The position numbers and the translations under genes are program-made. DNA of 64,000 bases from Acidimicrobiales bacterium. GTDB lineage: Bacteria; Actinomycetota; Acidimicrobiia; Acidimicrobiales; VFJN01. The stretch covers positions 22,396 to 86,395 of the forward strand of contig JAUXRW010000030.1 of NCBI GenBank assembly GCA_030681555.1, in the 5' to 3' direction. Numbering within the stretch: position 1 is the stretch's first letter; each line of letters starts with the position of its first letter. Below the pieces are notes generated by a model. The model ran no database searches. It was given only the letters and a program-made list of their open reading frames with translations, and was not told where the DNA came from. Below are positions 9,853-19,355 of the stretch, piece after piece.

Positions 9853-12456
9853 ATGGACGCCCAGGCCCTCCGTCGAGCGTGGACTGAGTTCTTCGCCGCT
9901 CGCGAGCACACGGTGCTGCCCTCGTCGAGCCTGATCCCCACCCATCCCACCGCCCCGATGTTCACGAACTCGGGGATGATGCAGTTCGTGCCGGTGTTCC
10001 TTGGCGAGGAGCCGGTCGGGTTCGCCCCGGCCCGGGCCGCCACGGTGCAGAAGTGCGTGCGGGCCGGGGGCAAGCACAACGACCTCGACGCCATCGGACG
10101 CACGCCCCGCCACCTCAGCTTCTTCGAGATGTTGGGCAACTTCAGCTTCGGCGACTATTTCAAGCAGGAGGCCATCCCGTGGGCCTGGGAGCTCCTCACC
10201 GAGGTGCTCGGCCTCGACGGCGACCGCATGTGGGTGACGGTGCACGTCAGCGACGACGAGGCGGAGGAGATCTGGGCCGACGCCGTCGGCTTCCCGCGAG
10301 ACCGGATCCAGCGCCTCGACAAGGACAACTTCTGGGAGATGGGCGACACCGGTCCGTGCGGCCCCAGCTCCGAGATCTTCTGGGACTACGGCACGGCCTT
10401 CGGCCCGGCCGGCGGACCGGGCAACCCGGCTGCGGAGGACCGCTACGTCGAGATCTGGAACCTCGTCTTCCCCCAGTACTTCCGCGGTCACGACGGCAAC
10501 CTGTCCGAGCTGCCCAGGCGCGGCATCGACACGGGGGCGGGCCTGGAGCGGATGCTGACCGCGCTCAACGGCACCCACACGGTGTACGACGTCGACCCGC
10601 TCGACCGCCTCGTGGAGGTGGCGCAGTCGATCACCGGTCGCCGGCTCGGATCGGACGAGCGCACCGACATCGCCCTCAAGGTCCTGGCCGACCACGCCCG
10701 TTCGATGACCTTTCTCGTGGCGGACGGGATCGTGCCGTCGAACGAGGACCGCGGCTACGTCCTCCGCCGGATCATCCGTCGGGCCGTGCGCTACGCCTAC
10801 TTGCTGGGCCTGGAGCGGGACCTCGCCGCACCGCTCATCGGCGCCACTGTCGAGGCCATGGCCGACGGCTACCCGGAGCTGCCGCTCGACCAGGACCGCA
10901 TCGTCGGCATCATCGCACGCGAGGAGGATCGGTTCCGGCAGACGCTGAAGCGCGGCATCAACCTCCTCGACGGCAAGCTGGCGGAGCTGCCGGCCGGCCG
11001 CGCGCTGGGCGGCGACGTCGCCTTCGACCTCTACGAGACGTACGGCTTCCCCCTCGAGGTCACGCAGGAGATCACCGGCGAGCTCGGCATCGCGGTCGAC
11101 GAAGCTGGGTACGAGGACGCGCTCCTGCGGGCCCAGACGGTGTCGAAGGCCGGGGCGAAGGCCGCGAAGGACCTCTACGCCAACCTGACGTCGTTCCAGG
11201 AGATCCTCGACCGCGCGGGCCCCACCGAGTTCGTCGGGCGTGACGAGTTCGAGACGAAGGCCGTCGTGCTCGCGGTCGTCCCGGCGGACGACGGCACCCT
11301 GTCGGTGTTCCTCGACCGCACGCCGTTCTACGCGGAGTCCGGTGGTCAGGTCGGCGACACAGGCGTGCTGGTCACCGACACGGGTCGAGGCGATGTGCTC
11401 GACACGACCTTCGGTCTCCCGGGCCTGCATCGCCACCACGTCCGCGTCAGCGAGGGCGAGCTGCAGGTGGGGCAGGACGTCACCGCGGCAATCGATGTCG
11501 ACCGCCGCAACGCGATCCGTCGCAACCACACCGGCACCCACGTCCTGCACTTCGCCCTGCGGAAGGTGCTCGGCGAGAGCGTCAAGCAGCAGGGGTCGCA
11601 CGTCGACCCCGAGCGCCTGCGCTTCGACTTCGGTCCCGCCGACGCCCTCACCCCGGAGCAGATCCGTCAGATCGAGGACATCGCCAACCGGGAGATCCTC
11701 GCCAACGACCCGGTCCGCCACTACGAGACCACGAAGGCGGAGGCGGCCAACCTCGGTGCCATAGCGTTCTTTGGCGACAAGTACGGCGAGGTCGTGCGCG
11801 TCCTCGAAGCGGGGCGCCACTCGATCGAGCTGTGCGGTGGCACGCACGTGCGGGCCCTCGGCGACATCGGGCCGGTGAAGATCGTGACGGAGTCGTCGAT
11901 CGGCGCCAACCTGCGCCGCATCGAGGCGGTGACCGGCCTCGGCCCGATCGACCGGCTCCGGGCCGAGGAGCGCGTGCTGGCGGAGGTGGCGGCCACGGTC
12001 AACGTGCCGGTGGGCGAGGTCGTCGAGGGCGTGCGCAAGCGCATCGAGGAGATCAAGGCGCTACGGGAGGAGATCAAGGCCCTCAAGCAACAGGCGGCAG
12101 GAGGTCAGGCCACCGCGCTGGCCGGTCGCGCGGTCGACGGTGTCATCGTCGAGCGCATCGAGGGCGTCGAGCGGGACACGTTGCGCGATCTCGCGCTGTC
12201 GCTCCGCGACCAGCCCGGCATGCGGGCGGTCGTCCTCGGCACGGCGCCTGAGAGCGGCGGTGCGGCCATCGTCGCCGCCGTCAACGCCGACAGCGGGCTC
12301 CACGCATCGGCGCTCATCGAAGAGGCGAAGGCGCTCATCAAGGGCGGCGGTGGCAAGGACCCGCTGCTGGCGGTGGCGGGCGGCAAAGACGCGGGCGGCC
12401 TGGACGCGGCCCTCGACACGGTCCGCGCGGCGGCTGGGCTCCCCGTCCCGACGTGA
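9853..12456 (+). CDS. alaS: Alanine--tRNA ligase
   Basis: 867 aa. FTNSGMMQFVPVFLG, GKHNDLD.IGRT.RH.SFFEMLGNFSFGDYFK, editing-domain HTGTHVLH.ALR and C-terminal DHHA1 region. Confidence 0.98.
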   Translation: MDAQALRRAWTEFFAAREHTVLPSSSLIPTHPTAPMFTNSGMMQFVPVFLGEEPVGFAPARAATVQKCVRAGGKHNDLDAIGRTPRHLSFFEMLGNFSFGDYFKQEAIPWAWELLTEVLGLDGDRMWVTVHVSDDEAEEIWADAVGFPRDRIQRLDKDNFWEMGDTGPCGPSSEIFWDYGTAFGPAGGPGNPAAEDRYVEIWNLVFPQYFRGHDGNLSELPRRGIDTGAGLERMLTALNGTHTVYDVDPLDRLVEVAQSITGRRLGSDERTDIALKVLADHARSMTFLVADGIVPSNEDRGYVLRRIIRRAVRYAYLLGLERDLAAPLIGATVEAMADGYPELPLDQDRIVGIIAREEDRFRQTLKRGINLLDGKLAELPAGRALGGDVAFDLYETYGFPLEVTQEITGELGIAVDEAGYEDALLRAQTVSKAGAKAAKDLYANLTSFQEILDRAGPTEFVGRDEFETKAVVLAVVPADDGTLSVFLDRTPFYAESGGQVGDTGVLVTDTGRGDVLDTTFGLPGLHRHHVRVSEGELQVGQDVTAAIDVDRRNAIRRNHTGTHVLHFALRKVLGESVKQQGSHVDPERLRFDFGPADALTPEQIRQIEDIANREILANDPVRHYETTKAEAANLGAIAFFGDKYGEVVRVLEAGRHSIELCGGTHVRALGDIGPVKIVTESSIGANLRRIEAVTGLGPIDRLRAEERVLAEVAATVNVPVGEVVEGVRKRIEEIKALREEIKALKQQAAGGQATALAGRAVDGVIVERIEGVERDTLRDLALSLRDQPGMRAVVLGTAPESGGAAIVAAVNADSGLHASALIEEAKALIKGGGGKDPLLAVAGGKDAGGLDAALDTVRAAAGLPVPT

Positions 12457-12460
12457 CCCG

Positions 12461-12922
12461 GTGCGGCCCGTGAGGGCGCTCGGGATCGACCTCGGATCCA
12501 GACGCATCGGCGTTGCGCTGTCGGACAGCGCCGGCACGATGGCCACGCCCTACGAGGTCGTGGCGCGCAGCGGGGACCGACCGCGCGACCACCGGCGCAT
12601 CGCGGCGCTGGCAGAAGAAGCGGGCGTGGAGGTCCTGGTCGTCGGGCTGCCGCTGTCGCTCGACGGGTCGTTCGGGCCGGCCGCCCGAGCGGCGCTGGCC
12701 GAGGCGGACGAGCTGGCCGCTGCCACCGGGCTGCCGGTGGAGACCTGGGACGAGCGGTTCACCACCGTGAGCGCCGACCGCGATCTGATGGCCCTCGACA
12801 TGAAGGCGCCGGCCCGCCGCCGGGTGGTCGACAAGGTGGCCGCCTCCGTGATGTTGCAGGCTTGGCTCGACCAACGCCGTTCGCCCGCCCCCCCACCCGC
12901 CTCCGAGGGACCCTCCCGATGA
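12461..12922 (+). CDS. ruvX: Holliday junction resolvase-like nuclease RuvX/YqgF
   Basis: In-frame GTG at 12461 (alternative GTG at 12470) in track ORF 12140..12922. ALGIDLGSRRIGVALSD....A.P, VVGLPLSLDGS.GP.A, DERFTT. The upstream part of the ORF overlaps alaS out of frame. Confidence 0.9.
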   Translation: MRPVRALGIDLGSRRIGVALSDSAGTMATPYEVVARSGDRPRDHRRIAALAEEAGVEVLVVGLPLSLDGSFGPAARAALAEADELAAATGLPVETWDERFTTVSADRDLMALDMKAPARRRVVDKVAASVMLQAWLDQRRSPAPPPASEGPSR

Positions 12923-14235
12923 CCGACCGACCCCCGTACGACCTCGATCGGTTCCCCGACGACGCCGGTCGGCCCCGTCCCGACCGGCGCGCCCCGGACC
13001 CCTACGACGAGCCGTACGACGAGCGCTACGACCAGCGGTACGAGCAGCCCCACCGCCCGGCGCCGAGCGACGCTCCGCCGGCTCACGACGAGTACGAGGA
13101 GTACGAGGGGTACGAGGAGTACGACGAGTACGACGACGGGCTCGCGGCAGGCGGCGGGGCTGGCCGCCGCCGTGCCCGCAGCGATGGCCCGGGCGGCGGG
13201 GGCCGGCGGCTCTCGACGATCCTGCTCGGCGTCCTCGTCGTCGGCGTGCTCGCCCTGGGCGCCGCGGGCGTCTGGGTGCAGCGACAGGTCAACCCCGGCG
13301 GCTCGCCCGGCGAGCCGCGCACGGTCGTGGTGGCGGAGGGCTCGAGCTCGTCCGCCATCGGCGAGCAGCTGGCGCAGGAGGGCATCATCGCCAGCTCCTT
13401 CGTGTGGGAGTGGTACGTGCGGATCAACGGCGGGGGCCCCTTCCAGGCCGGCGAGTACCAGCTGGCCGACGGCAGCTCGATGGGCGACGTCGTCGCCACG
13501 CTCGAGCGGGGCCCCGTGCCGCCGGAGGAGCGCGCCTTCACGATGCCCGAGGGGTTCACCCTGCGGGAGACGCTGGCCCGGCTCGCCGACCCCGACCGGG
13601 GCCTCGGGCTCGACCTCGCCGTGATGGACGAGCTGCTCGAGAGCGGCCAGGTGCGCTCCCAGTACCAGCCGGCCGACGAGCCCTCGAACGAGGGCATCCT
13701 CTTCCCGGAGACCTACCGGGTGGAGGCGGAGGCCGACGAGCTGGCCGTGCTCCAGATGATGGTCGGCGAGCTCGACGCCACGATGGGGGGCCTCGAGGTG
13801 GAGTCCGCACAGGATCGGTTCAACCTCTCGCCCTACGAGATCCTCATCGTGGCCTCACTCATCGAGGAGGAGACCAAGATCCCGTCGGAGCGGCCCATGG
13901 TCGCCCGCGTCATCTACAACCGCCTGCGGGGGGGCATCCCCCTCGGCATCGACGCCACGTCGCGCTACGAGGCGGAGATCGAGGGGCGCGACCGCGGCGA
14001 CATCGACTTCACCAGCAGCTCGCCCTACAACACCCGGCGCGTGGAGGGGTTGCCCCCGACGCCGATCGCCTCCCCGGGCCGGGCCAGCATCGAGGCCGCC
14101 CTCGAACCCGCCGACGGCCCGTGGATCTACTACGTCCTCAAGGACGAGGCCGGCAACCACGTCTTCACCGAGAGCAACAGCGAGTTCCTCGAGGCGAAGG
14201 AGGCCTGCAGGGACGCCGGCCTCGGCTGCGGGTGA
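12919..14235 (+). CDS. mltG: Endolytic murein transglycosylase MltG (YceG-like) with a long Tyr/acidic repeat N-terminal tail
   Basis: ATG at 12919 overlaps the ruvX stop (ATGA). TM helix LSTILLGVLVVGVLALGAAGVW. YceG domain (EGILFPETY, ILIVASLIEEETK, VIYNRL, SPYNTR...GLPPTPIASPG). Confidence 0.9.
   Translation: MTDRPPYDLDRFPDDAGRPRPDRRAPDPYDEPYDERYDQRYEQPHRPAPSDAPPAHDEYEEYEGYEEYDEYDDGLAAGGGAGRRRARSDGPGGGGRRLSTILLGVLVVGVLALGAAGVWVQRQVNPGGSPGEPRTVVVAEGSSSSAIGEQLAQEGIIASSFVWEWYVRINGGGPFQAGEYQLADGSSMGDVVATLERGPVPPEERAFTMPEGFTLRETLARLADPDRGLGLDLAVMDELLESGQVRSQYQPADEPSNEGILFPETYRVEAEADELAVLQMMVGELDATMGGLEVESAQDRFNLSPYEILIVASLIEEETKIPSERPMVARVIYNRLRGGIPLGIDATSRYEAEIEGRDRGDIDFTSSSPYNTRRVEGLPPTPIASPGRASIEAALEPADGPWIYYVLKDEAGNHVFTESNSEFLEAKEACRDAGLGCG
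13000..13047 (+). repeat. Coding tandem repeat, 12 bp x 4 (P/R-Y-D/E-E/Q)
   Basis: ccctacgacgag ccgtacgacgag cgctacgaccag cggtacgagcag, in the mltG frame. Confidence 0.85.
13090..13134 (+). repeat. Coding tandem repeat, 9 bp x 5 (E/G-Y-E/D)
   Basis: gagtacgag gagtacgag gggtacgag gagtacgac gagtacgac, in the mltG frame. Confidence 0.9.
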
Positions 14236-14248
14236 CGAGCGGCTCGCG

Positions 14249-15079
14249 GTGATCGCCGCTACCACCCGGGTCGCGGGTGTGATCGGCTCGCCGATCCGGC
14301 ACTCCCTGTCGCCGGCGATCTTCAACGCCGCGTTCGCCGCCTGCGGGCTGGACTGGGTCTACGCGGCCTTCGAGGTGACGGAGGGCGAGGCCCCGTCGGC
14401 CATGGCCGGGGTGCGGTCGCTCGCGCTCGAGGGCGTGTCAGTGACCATGCCCCACAAGGAGGCGGTGATCCCGGCCCTCGACGACCTCGACGTGGCGGCG
14501 GCCGCGCTTGGCGCGGTGAACTGCGTCGTGCGTCGCGGCTCGTCGTTGCGGGGCCACAACACAGACGGGGCGGGGCTCGTCGACAGCCTGCGCTTCGACG
14601 AGTCCGTCGACGTAGCCGGGCTCCGGTGCACGGTGCTGGGCGCGGGCGGGGCCGGCCGTGCCGTGGCCCACGCGCTGGGCGCCGCAGGAGGAATCGTCAC
14701 CGTCGTGAACCGCACTCCGGAGCGAGCGGAGGCGGCGGCCGCCCTCGCCGGCCCTGCGGCGCGCGTCGGCACGGTCGCAGACGTCGATGGCGCCGACCTG
14801 ATCGTGAACGCCACGTCCGTGGGGATGGGAGCAGATGGACAGCTGCCGCTCGACGCCACCCGGCTCCGCGACAACCAGGTCGTCATCGACCTCGTGTACC
14901 ACCCGGCGAGGACGCCTCTGCTCGACGCCGCCGAGGCGGCCGGGGCGCGCGTCATCGGCGGGGTCGGGATGCTGGTCCACCAGGCGGCCCACGCGTTCCA
15001 GCTCTGGACGGGCGAGGCGCCGCCGCTCGAGGCGATGCGGCACGCCGCGGTAGCCGCCCTCGCCGCGCGGGCGACCTGA
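14249..15079 (+). CDS. aroE: Shikimate dehydrogenase
   Basis: 276 aa. GVIGSPIRHSLSP.IFNAAF, VTMPHK, NTDG.G, GAGGAGRAV Rossmann motif. Confidence 0.93.
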   Translation: MIAATTRVAGVIGSPIRHSLSPAIFNAAFAACGLDWVYAAFEVTEGEAPSAMAGVRSLALEGVSVTMPHKEAVIPALDDLDVAAAALGAVNCVVRRGSSLRGHNTDGAGLVDSLRFDESVDVAGLRCTVLGAGGAGRAVAHALGAAGGIVTVVNRTPERAEAAAALAGPAARVGTVADVDGADLIVNATSVGMGADGQLPLDATRLRDNQVVIDLVYHPARTPLLDAAEAAGARVIGGVGMLVHQAAHAFQLWTGEAPPLEAMRHAAVAALAARAT

Positions 15080-15840
15080 TGGACCTCCACCTCGGCGTCG
15101 CGACCGGGCTGGCGCTCCTCGGTGTCCCAGTCGGTGCGTTCCTGAACGTCGTCATCGAGCGGACCCCTGACCGCACGCCCCTGCGGGTCGCGAGGGAGGG
15201 CGACGCCTTCCCGGCCGCGGCGTGGCTGGGCGTGCCGGTGCAGCCCTGGATCCTGCGGGGGCCGGGTCCCCGCCGGCGCCGCTGGCTGGCCGTGGAGGTC
15301 GCTACGGCGCTCGTGTTCGGAGCCCTCGGCGCGCGCTACGGGGACTCAAGCGTCGTGCTCCCGCTCCTCCTGCTCGGCGCGTGCCTGGTGGCGGTGTCCG
15401 CCGTCGACCTGGAGCACCTGCGCATCCCGGATCGCATCACGTTCCCCACGCTGGCCGTCGCCCTGCCGGCCGTCGCCGTCGTCTCGCTGCGCCTCGAGGT
15501 CGGCGACGCGATCCGCGGCGCCCTCGTGGGCAGCGCCACGTACTTCGTCATCCTGCTCCTACCCCACCTGGCCTACCCCCGGGGGATGGGGTTCGGCGAC
15601 GTGAAGCTGGCTCTGGTCATGGGGCTCTACCTCGGGTGGATGGGCTGGACCCAGTCGACCCCGATCACAGGCCCCGTGCGACTCGTGCTGTACGCGCTGA
15701 TGCTCGGCTGCCTGCTCGGGGTCGTGTTCGGCCTCGTGCACGCCGCGGTCACGCGGCGGCGTGGTGAGTTCCCGTTCGGCCCGGCGCTCGCCCTCGCCTG
15801 CCTCGTGGTCATCTTCTTCGCCCCCGATCTCCGCATCTGA
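15079..15840 (+). CDS. Prepilin peptidase (A24 family aspartic peptidase)
   Basis: ATG at 15079 shares one nt with the aroE stop (TGATG). 253 aa, polytopic. Both catalytic Asp contexts are present (SAVDLEHLRIPD and GMGFGDVKLALVMG). No N-terminal Cys-rich methyltransferase region. The first 151 aa of track ORF 14626..15840 overlap aroE out of frame. Confidence 0.85.
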   Translation: MDLHLGVATGLALLGVPVGAFLNVVIERTPDRTPLRVAREGDAFPAAAWLGVPVQPWILRGPGPRRRRWLAVEVATALVFGALGARYGDSSVVLPLLLLGACLVAVSAVDLEHLRIPDRITFPTLAVALPAVAVVSLRLEVGDAIRGALVGSATYFVILLLPHLAYPRGMGFGDVKLALVMGLYLGWMGWTQSTPITGPVRLVLYALMLGCLLGVVFGLVHAAVTRRRGEFPFGPALALACLVVIFFAPDLRI

Positions 15841-16139
15841 CGGCGCTGGCCACACGCCCCGGAACGGATCGAACGAGAACACGTTCCAGTGCGGCGTGCC
15901 TGGTCATCGCCGCGCAGCACCGGGGGACAGGTGGCCGTCTCGAAGGAACGCGGTCCTGACGCCACTCGGGGTTCGGTGTGGGCGGGGTGTGGGGGCAGAG
16001 GTTCTGCCGGAGCCCCCACCTCGCGAGCGGTCCGGCTCCGCCGGACCCGAGCACGAATGAGGGCGGCCAGAGGCCGCACCGTCGAGTTCGGTCGAGAAGC
16101 TCTGCTTCGAGACCGAGGGCCAACCGGTACGTTTGTGCT

Positions 16140-17312
16140 GTGCTTCGGTTCTTGACTGCGGGTGAGTCGCATGGGCGGGCGCTCGTCGTCATCGTCGAGG
16201 GGCTGCCGGCCGGGCTCCCGGTCACCACCGAGGCTGTCCAGGCGGAGCTGGCCCGCCGGCGCCTCGGGTACGGGCGCGGCCCGCGCATGCGGTTCGAGCA
16301 GGACGAGGTGACGATCATCGGGGGCGTGCGGCACGGCCGCAGCCTCGGGTCGCCGGTGGCCATCCAGGTCGGCAACTCCGAGTGGGACCGCGACCCCGAC
16401 AAGTGGCAGCGGGAGATGTCCGTGCGGGCGGAGGACGGTCCCACGGCTGCGCCCCTCACCCAGGTGCGGCCCGGGCACGCCGATCTCGCGGGGATGCAGA
16501 AGTACGGCCTCACCGATGCGCGTGACGTCCTCGAGCGGGCCTCGGCCCGCGAGACCGCCGCTCGCGTCGCCGCCGGCACCGTCGCGAAAACTCTGCTCGC
16601 CGAGCTCGACGTCAGCATCCTGAGCCACGTCATCCAGCTCGGGCCGGCTCGGTCGAAGGCCGCGGCCCGACCCGAGCCCGGCGATCTCGAGCGGATCGAC
16701 GAGTCAGCGGTGCGCTGCTTCGACGCCGCCGCCGAGGAGGCGATGGTCGCCGAGATCAAGACGGCGTCGAAGGACGGCGACAGCCTCGGCGGCGTAGTCG
16801 AGGTGCTGGCCTACGGCGTGCCGGTGGGGCTCGGTAGCCACGTCCACTGGGACCGCAAGCTGGATGCACTCCTCGCGCGGGCGCTGATGTCGATCCAGGC
16901 CGTGAAGGGCGTGGAGATCGGTGATGGGTTCGAGGTGGCGGGTCGGCGGGGGAGCGCCGCCCACGATCCGATCACGTGGGATGCCGACGCCGGCACCTAC
17001 CGGCGCGAGTCGGCGCTGGCGGGCGGGGTGGAGGGTGGCATCTCGACGGGCGAGATGCTGGTCGCCCGGGCTGCCATGAAGCCGTTGGCGACGCTGAACC
17101 GCCCCACCCTGAAGACCGTCGACACGGCCACGAAGGAAGAGGCGGTGTCGTTCAAGGAGCGCACCGACGTGACCGCCGTCCCCGCCCTCGGCGTGGTCGC
17201 CGAGACGATGGTGGCGCTGGTCCTCGCCGACGAGGCGACGCGGAAGTTCGGGGGCGACTCCGTCGACGAGCTCCGCCGCAACCGCGACGCGTTCGTCGCC
17301 ACCCTGGGCTGA
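16140..17312 (+). CDS. aroC: Chorismate synthase
   Basis: In-frame GTG at 16140 gives VLRFLTAGESHG, the canonical AroC N-terminus. RPGHAD, SARETA..VAAG. No SD sequence upstream, but TACGTT (16128-16133) lies 6 nt before the GTG. Confidence 0.95.
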   Translation: MLRFLTAGESHGRALVVIVEGLPAGLPVTTEAVQAELARRRLGYGRGPRMRFEQDEVTIIGGVRHGRSLGSPVAIQVGNSEWDRDPDKWQREMSVRAEDGPTAAPLTQVRPGHADLAGMQKYGLTDARDVLERASARETAARVAAGTVAKTLLAELDVSILSHVIQLGPARSKAAARPEPGDLERIDESAVRCFDAAAEEAMVAEIKTASKDGDSLGGVVEVLAYGVPVGLGSHVHWDRKLDALLARALMSIQAVKGVEIGDGFEVAGRRGSAAHDPITWDADAGTYRRESALAGGVEGGISTGEMLVARAAMKPLATLNRPTLKTVDTATKEEAVSFKERTDVTAVPALGVVAETMVALVLADEATRKFGGDSVDELRRNRDAFVATLG

Positions 17313-17314
17313 GC

Positions 17315-17890
17315 GTGCCCGGCCCGGTCGTCCTGGTGGGCCTGATGGGCTCCGGCAAGACGACGGTCGGGCGCCGCCTGGCTGGCCTGCTCGACCGGCC
17401 CTTCGCCGACGCCGACCAGGTCCTCGAGGAACGGGCCGGCCGCAGCGTGGCCGAGATCTTCGCAGCAGACGGGGAGGCCGCCTTCCGCGATCTGGAGGCC
17501 GACGTGCTGGCCTGGCTCCTCGCCGCGCCGGCGCCTGGTGTGGTGGCAAGCGGGGGTGGGGTGGTCCTGCGCCAGGCCAACCGGGAGCGGCTCGCCGCCG
17601 ACGACGTGACCGTCGTGTGGCTGGATGCCGGGCCCGCGTTCCTCGCCAGTCGCGTCGAGCGCAAGGCCCACCGCCCCCTCCTCGCCGGAGACGAACCAGC
17701 CGCGGAGGTGCTCGACCGGCTGCACGCCGAACGGGTGCCGCTCTACGCAGAGGTGGCGGACGTGGTCGTCGACGTGGAGCCCTTCCACCGTGACGAGGAG
17801 CGCCCGAAGCGCGCCCTGGCCGAGCGGATCGCCGCGCTGGTCCGCGCCCATGAGGGAGCGGCCGTGGCGGCCGCCACCGAAGGCCGATGA
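17315..17890 (+). CDS. aroK: Shikimate kinase
   Basis: GTG at 17315 in track ORF 16976..17890. Walker A GLMGSGKTTVGRRLA, then D.D..LE...G.S..EIF...GE..FR..E. Confidence 0.93.
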   Translation: MPGPVVLVGLMGSGKTTVGRRLAGLLDRPFADADQVLEERAGRSVAEIFAADGEAAFRDLEADVLAWLLAAPAPGVVASGGGVVLRQANRERLAADDVTVVWLDAGPAFLASRVERKAHRPLLAGDEPAAEVLDRLHAERVPLYAEVADVVVDVEPFHRDEERPKRALAERIAALVRAHEGAAVAAATEGR

Positions 17891-18900
17891 TCACCGTCGA
17901 CGTGCAGCTGCCTGGCGGCCGCTACGCGGTCGTCGTCGGACGCGGTGCCCGGGCCCACCTCAGCGACGTGCTGCCGCCGTCGGCCGGTCGGGTCGCCGTT
18001 GTCAGCCAGCCGGGCATCGAGATCGAGGTGCACACCGGTCGCGAGCACCGCCGGTTCGAGATCGGTGCAGGTGAGCAGGCCAAGACCCTCGCCACCGTCG
18101 AGCAGCTGTGCCGCCAGTGGGCGAGATGGGGCCTCACCCGGGGCGATGCCGTCGTCGCCGTCGGCGGTGGGGTCGTCACCGACACGGTCGGCTTCGCAGC
18201 CGCGAGCTACCACCGCGGGGTGCCGGTCGTACACGTCCCGACGACGCTGCTCGGCATGGTCGACGCAGCGATCGGTGGAAAGACCGGAGTGAACCTGCCC
18301 GAGGGGAAGAATCTCGTCGGGGCGTTCTGGCAGCCTGCGGCGGTCCTCTGCGACCTCGACGCCCTCGACACCCTCCCCGAGCGAGAGCTGCGCTCCGGCC
18401 GCGGGGAACTGGCCAAATACCACTTCCTCACCGGGGCCGACCTGCTGTCCCTCGACCTCGAGGAGCGGGTGGCGGCGGCGGTGCGGATCAAGGTGGAGGT
18501 GATCGCCGCGGACGAGCGCGAGGACCCCACGAACCTTCGGGGTCGCGCCACCCTGAACTACGGCCACACCCTGGCCCACGCGCTGGAGACGGCCGGTGCC
18601 TACGACCTGCGCCACGGCGAAGCCGTCGGCATCGGGCTCGTGTACGCGGCCGAGCTGGCACGCGTCCTCGGGCGGATCGGCGACGCACGTGTGGGCGAGC
18701 ACCGGACGGTCGTGGCCGCCTACGGCCTCGACGCCACGCTGCCCACCGGCGCCGACAGCGCCGAGCTTGTTGCCCTCATGGGGCGCGACAAGAAGGCGGT
18801 CAGCGGCCTCACCTTCGTGCTCGACGGGGCGAACGGAGTCGAGGTGGTGCCCGGGGTGGACCAAGATGCTGCTTCCGCGGCGCTGGAGGCGATCCGATGA
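17887..18900 (+). CDS. aroB: 3-dehydroquinate synthase
   Basis: 337 aa. GGGVVTD..GFAAA.Y.RG......PTTLL.MVDA.IGGKTGVN...GKN, and the HG.A. metal-ligand region. ATGA overlap with aroK. Confidence 0.95.
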   Translation: MITVDVQLPGGRYAVVVGRGARAHLSDVLPPSAGRVAVVSQPGIEIEVHTGREHRRFEIGAGEQAKTLATVEQLCRQWARWGLTRGDAVVAVGGGVVTDTVGFAAASYHRGVPVVHVPTTLLGMVDAAIGGKTGVNLPEGKNLVGAFWQPAAVLCDLDALDTLPERELRSGRGELAKYHFLTGADLLSLDLEERVAAAVRIKVEVIAADEREDPTNLRGRATLNYGHTLAHALETAGAYDLRHGEAVGIGLVYAAELARVLGRIGDARVGEHRTVVAAYGLDATLPTGADSAELVALMGRDKKAVSGLTFVLDGANGVEVVPGVDQDAASAALEAIR

Positions 18901-19355
18901 CAGACACCGACGGAGGGGCGCAGCGGATCGTCCTCCTGCTGTCGGGCCCGAACCTGAACCTGCTCGGTGCGCGGGAGCCTGAGATCTACGGGACCGGCAC
19001 GCTCGACGAGCACGTGGCGTCGGCGCGTTTGGCGGCGGAGGCGCACGACCTCCTCCTGGAGCACCTGCAGTCGAACCACGAGGGGGACCTCGTGGAGGCG
19101 GTCCACGCAGCTCGGGATCGCTGCGCCGCCATCGTGGTCAACCCGGGCGCGCTGACGCACTACGCGTGGTCGCTGCACGACGCCCTGGCCGCCTTCGACG
19201 GCCCGGTCGTCGAGCTGCACCTCTCCAACCCGGCGAGCCGCGAGGCCTGGCGGCACGCGTCCGTCGTCGCGCCCGTGGCGACGGCCACCATCGCCGGTCT
19301 CGGCGGCCACGGCTACCCCGTGGCGGTCTCGGCGGTCGCGCGGATGCTGGCGTGA
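18897..19355 (+). CDS. aroQ: Type II 3-dehydroquinate dehydratase
   Basis: ATG at 18897 (ATGA overlap). LLSGPNLNLLGAREPEIYG, QSNHEG.L, NPGA.THY, LSN...RE..RH.S. Confidence 0.95.
   Translation: MTDTDGGAQRIVLLLSGPNLNLLGAREPEIYGTGTLDEHVASARLAAEAHDLLLEHLQSNHEGDLVEAVHAARDRCAAIVVNPGALTHYAWSLHDALAAFDGPVVELHLSNPASREAWRHASVVAPVATATIAGLGGHGYPVAVSAVARMLA

Noticed and set aside
14626-15078. N-terminal 151 codons of track ORF 14626..15840, which would extend the prepilin peptidase.
   Set aside because: They overlap aroE out of frame and are Arg/Gly-rich. The peptidase homology and hydrophobic helices begin at the ATG at 15079, which is coupled to the aroE stop.
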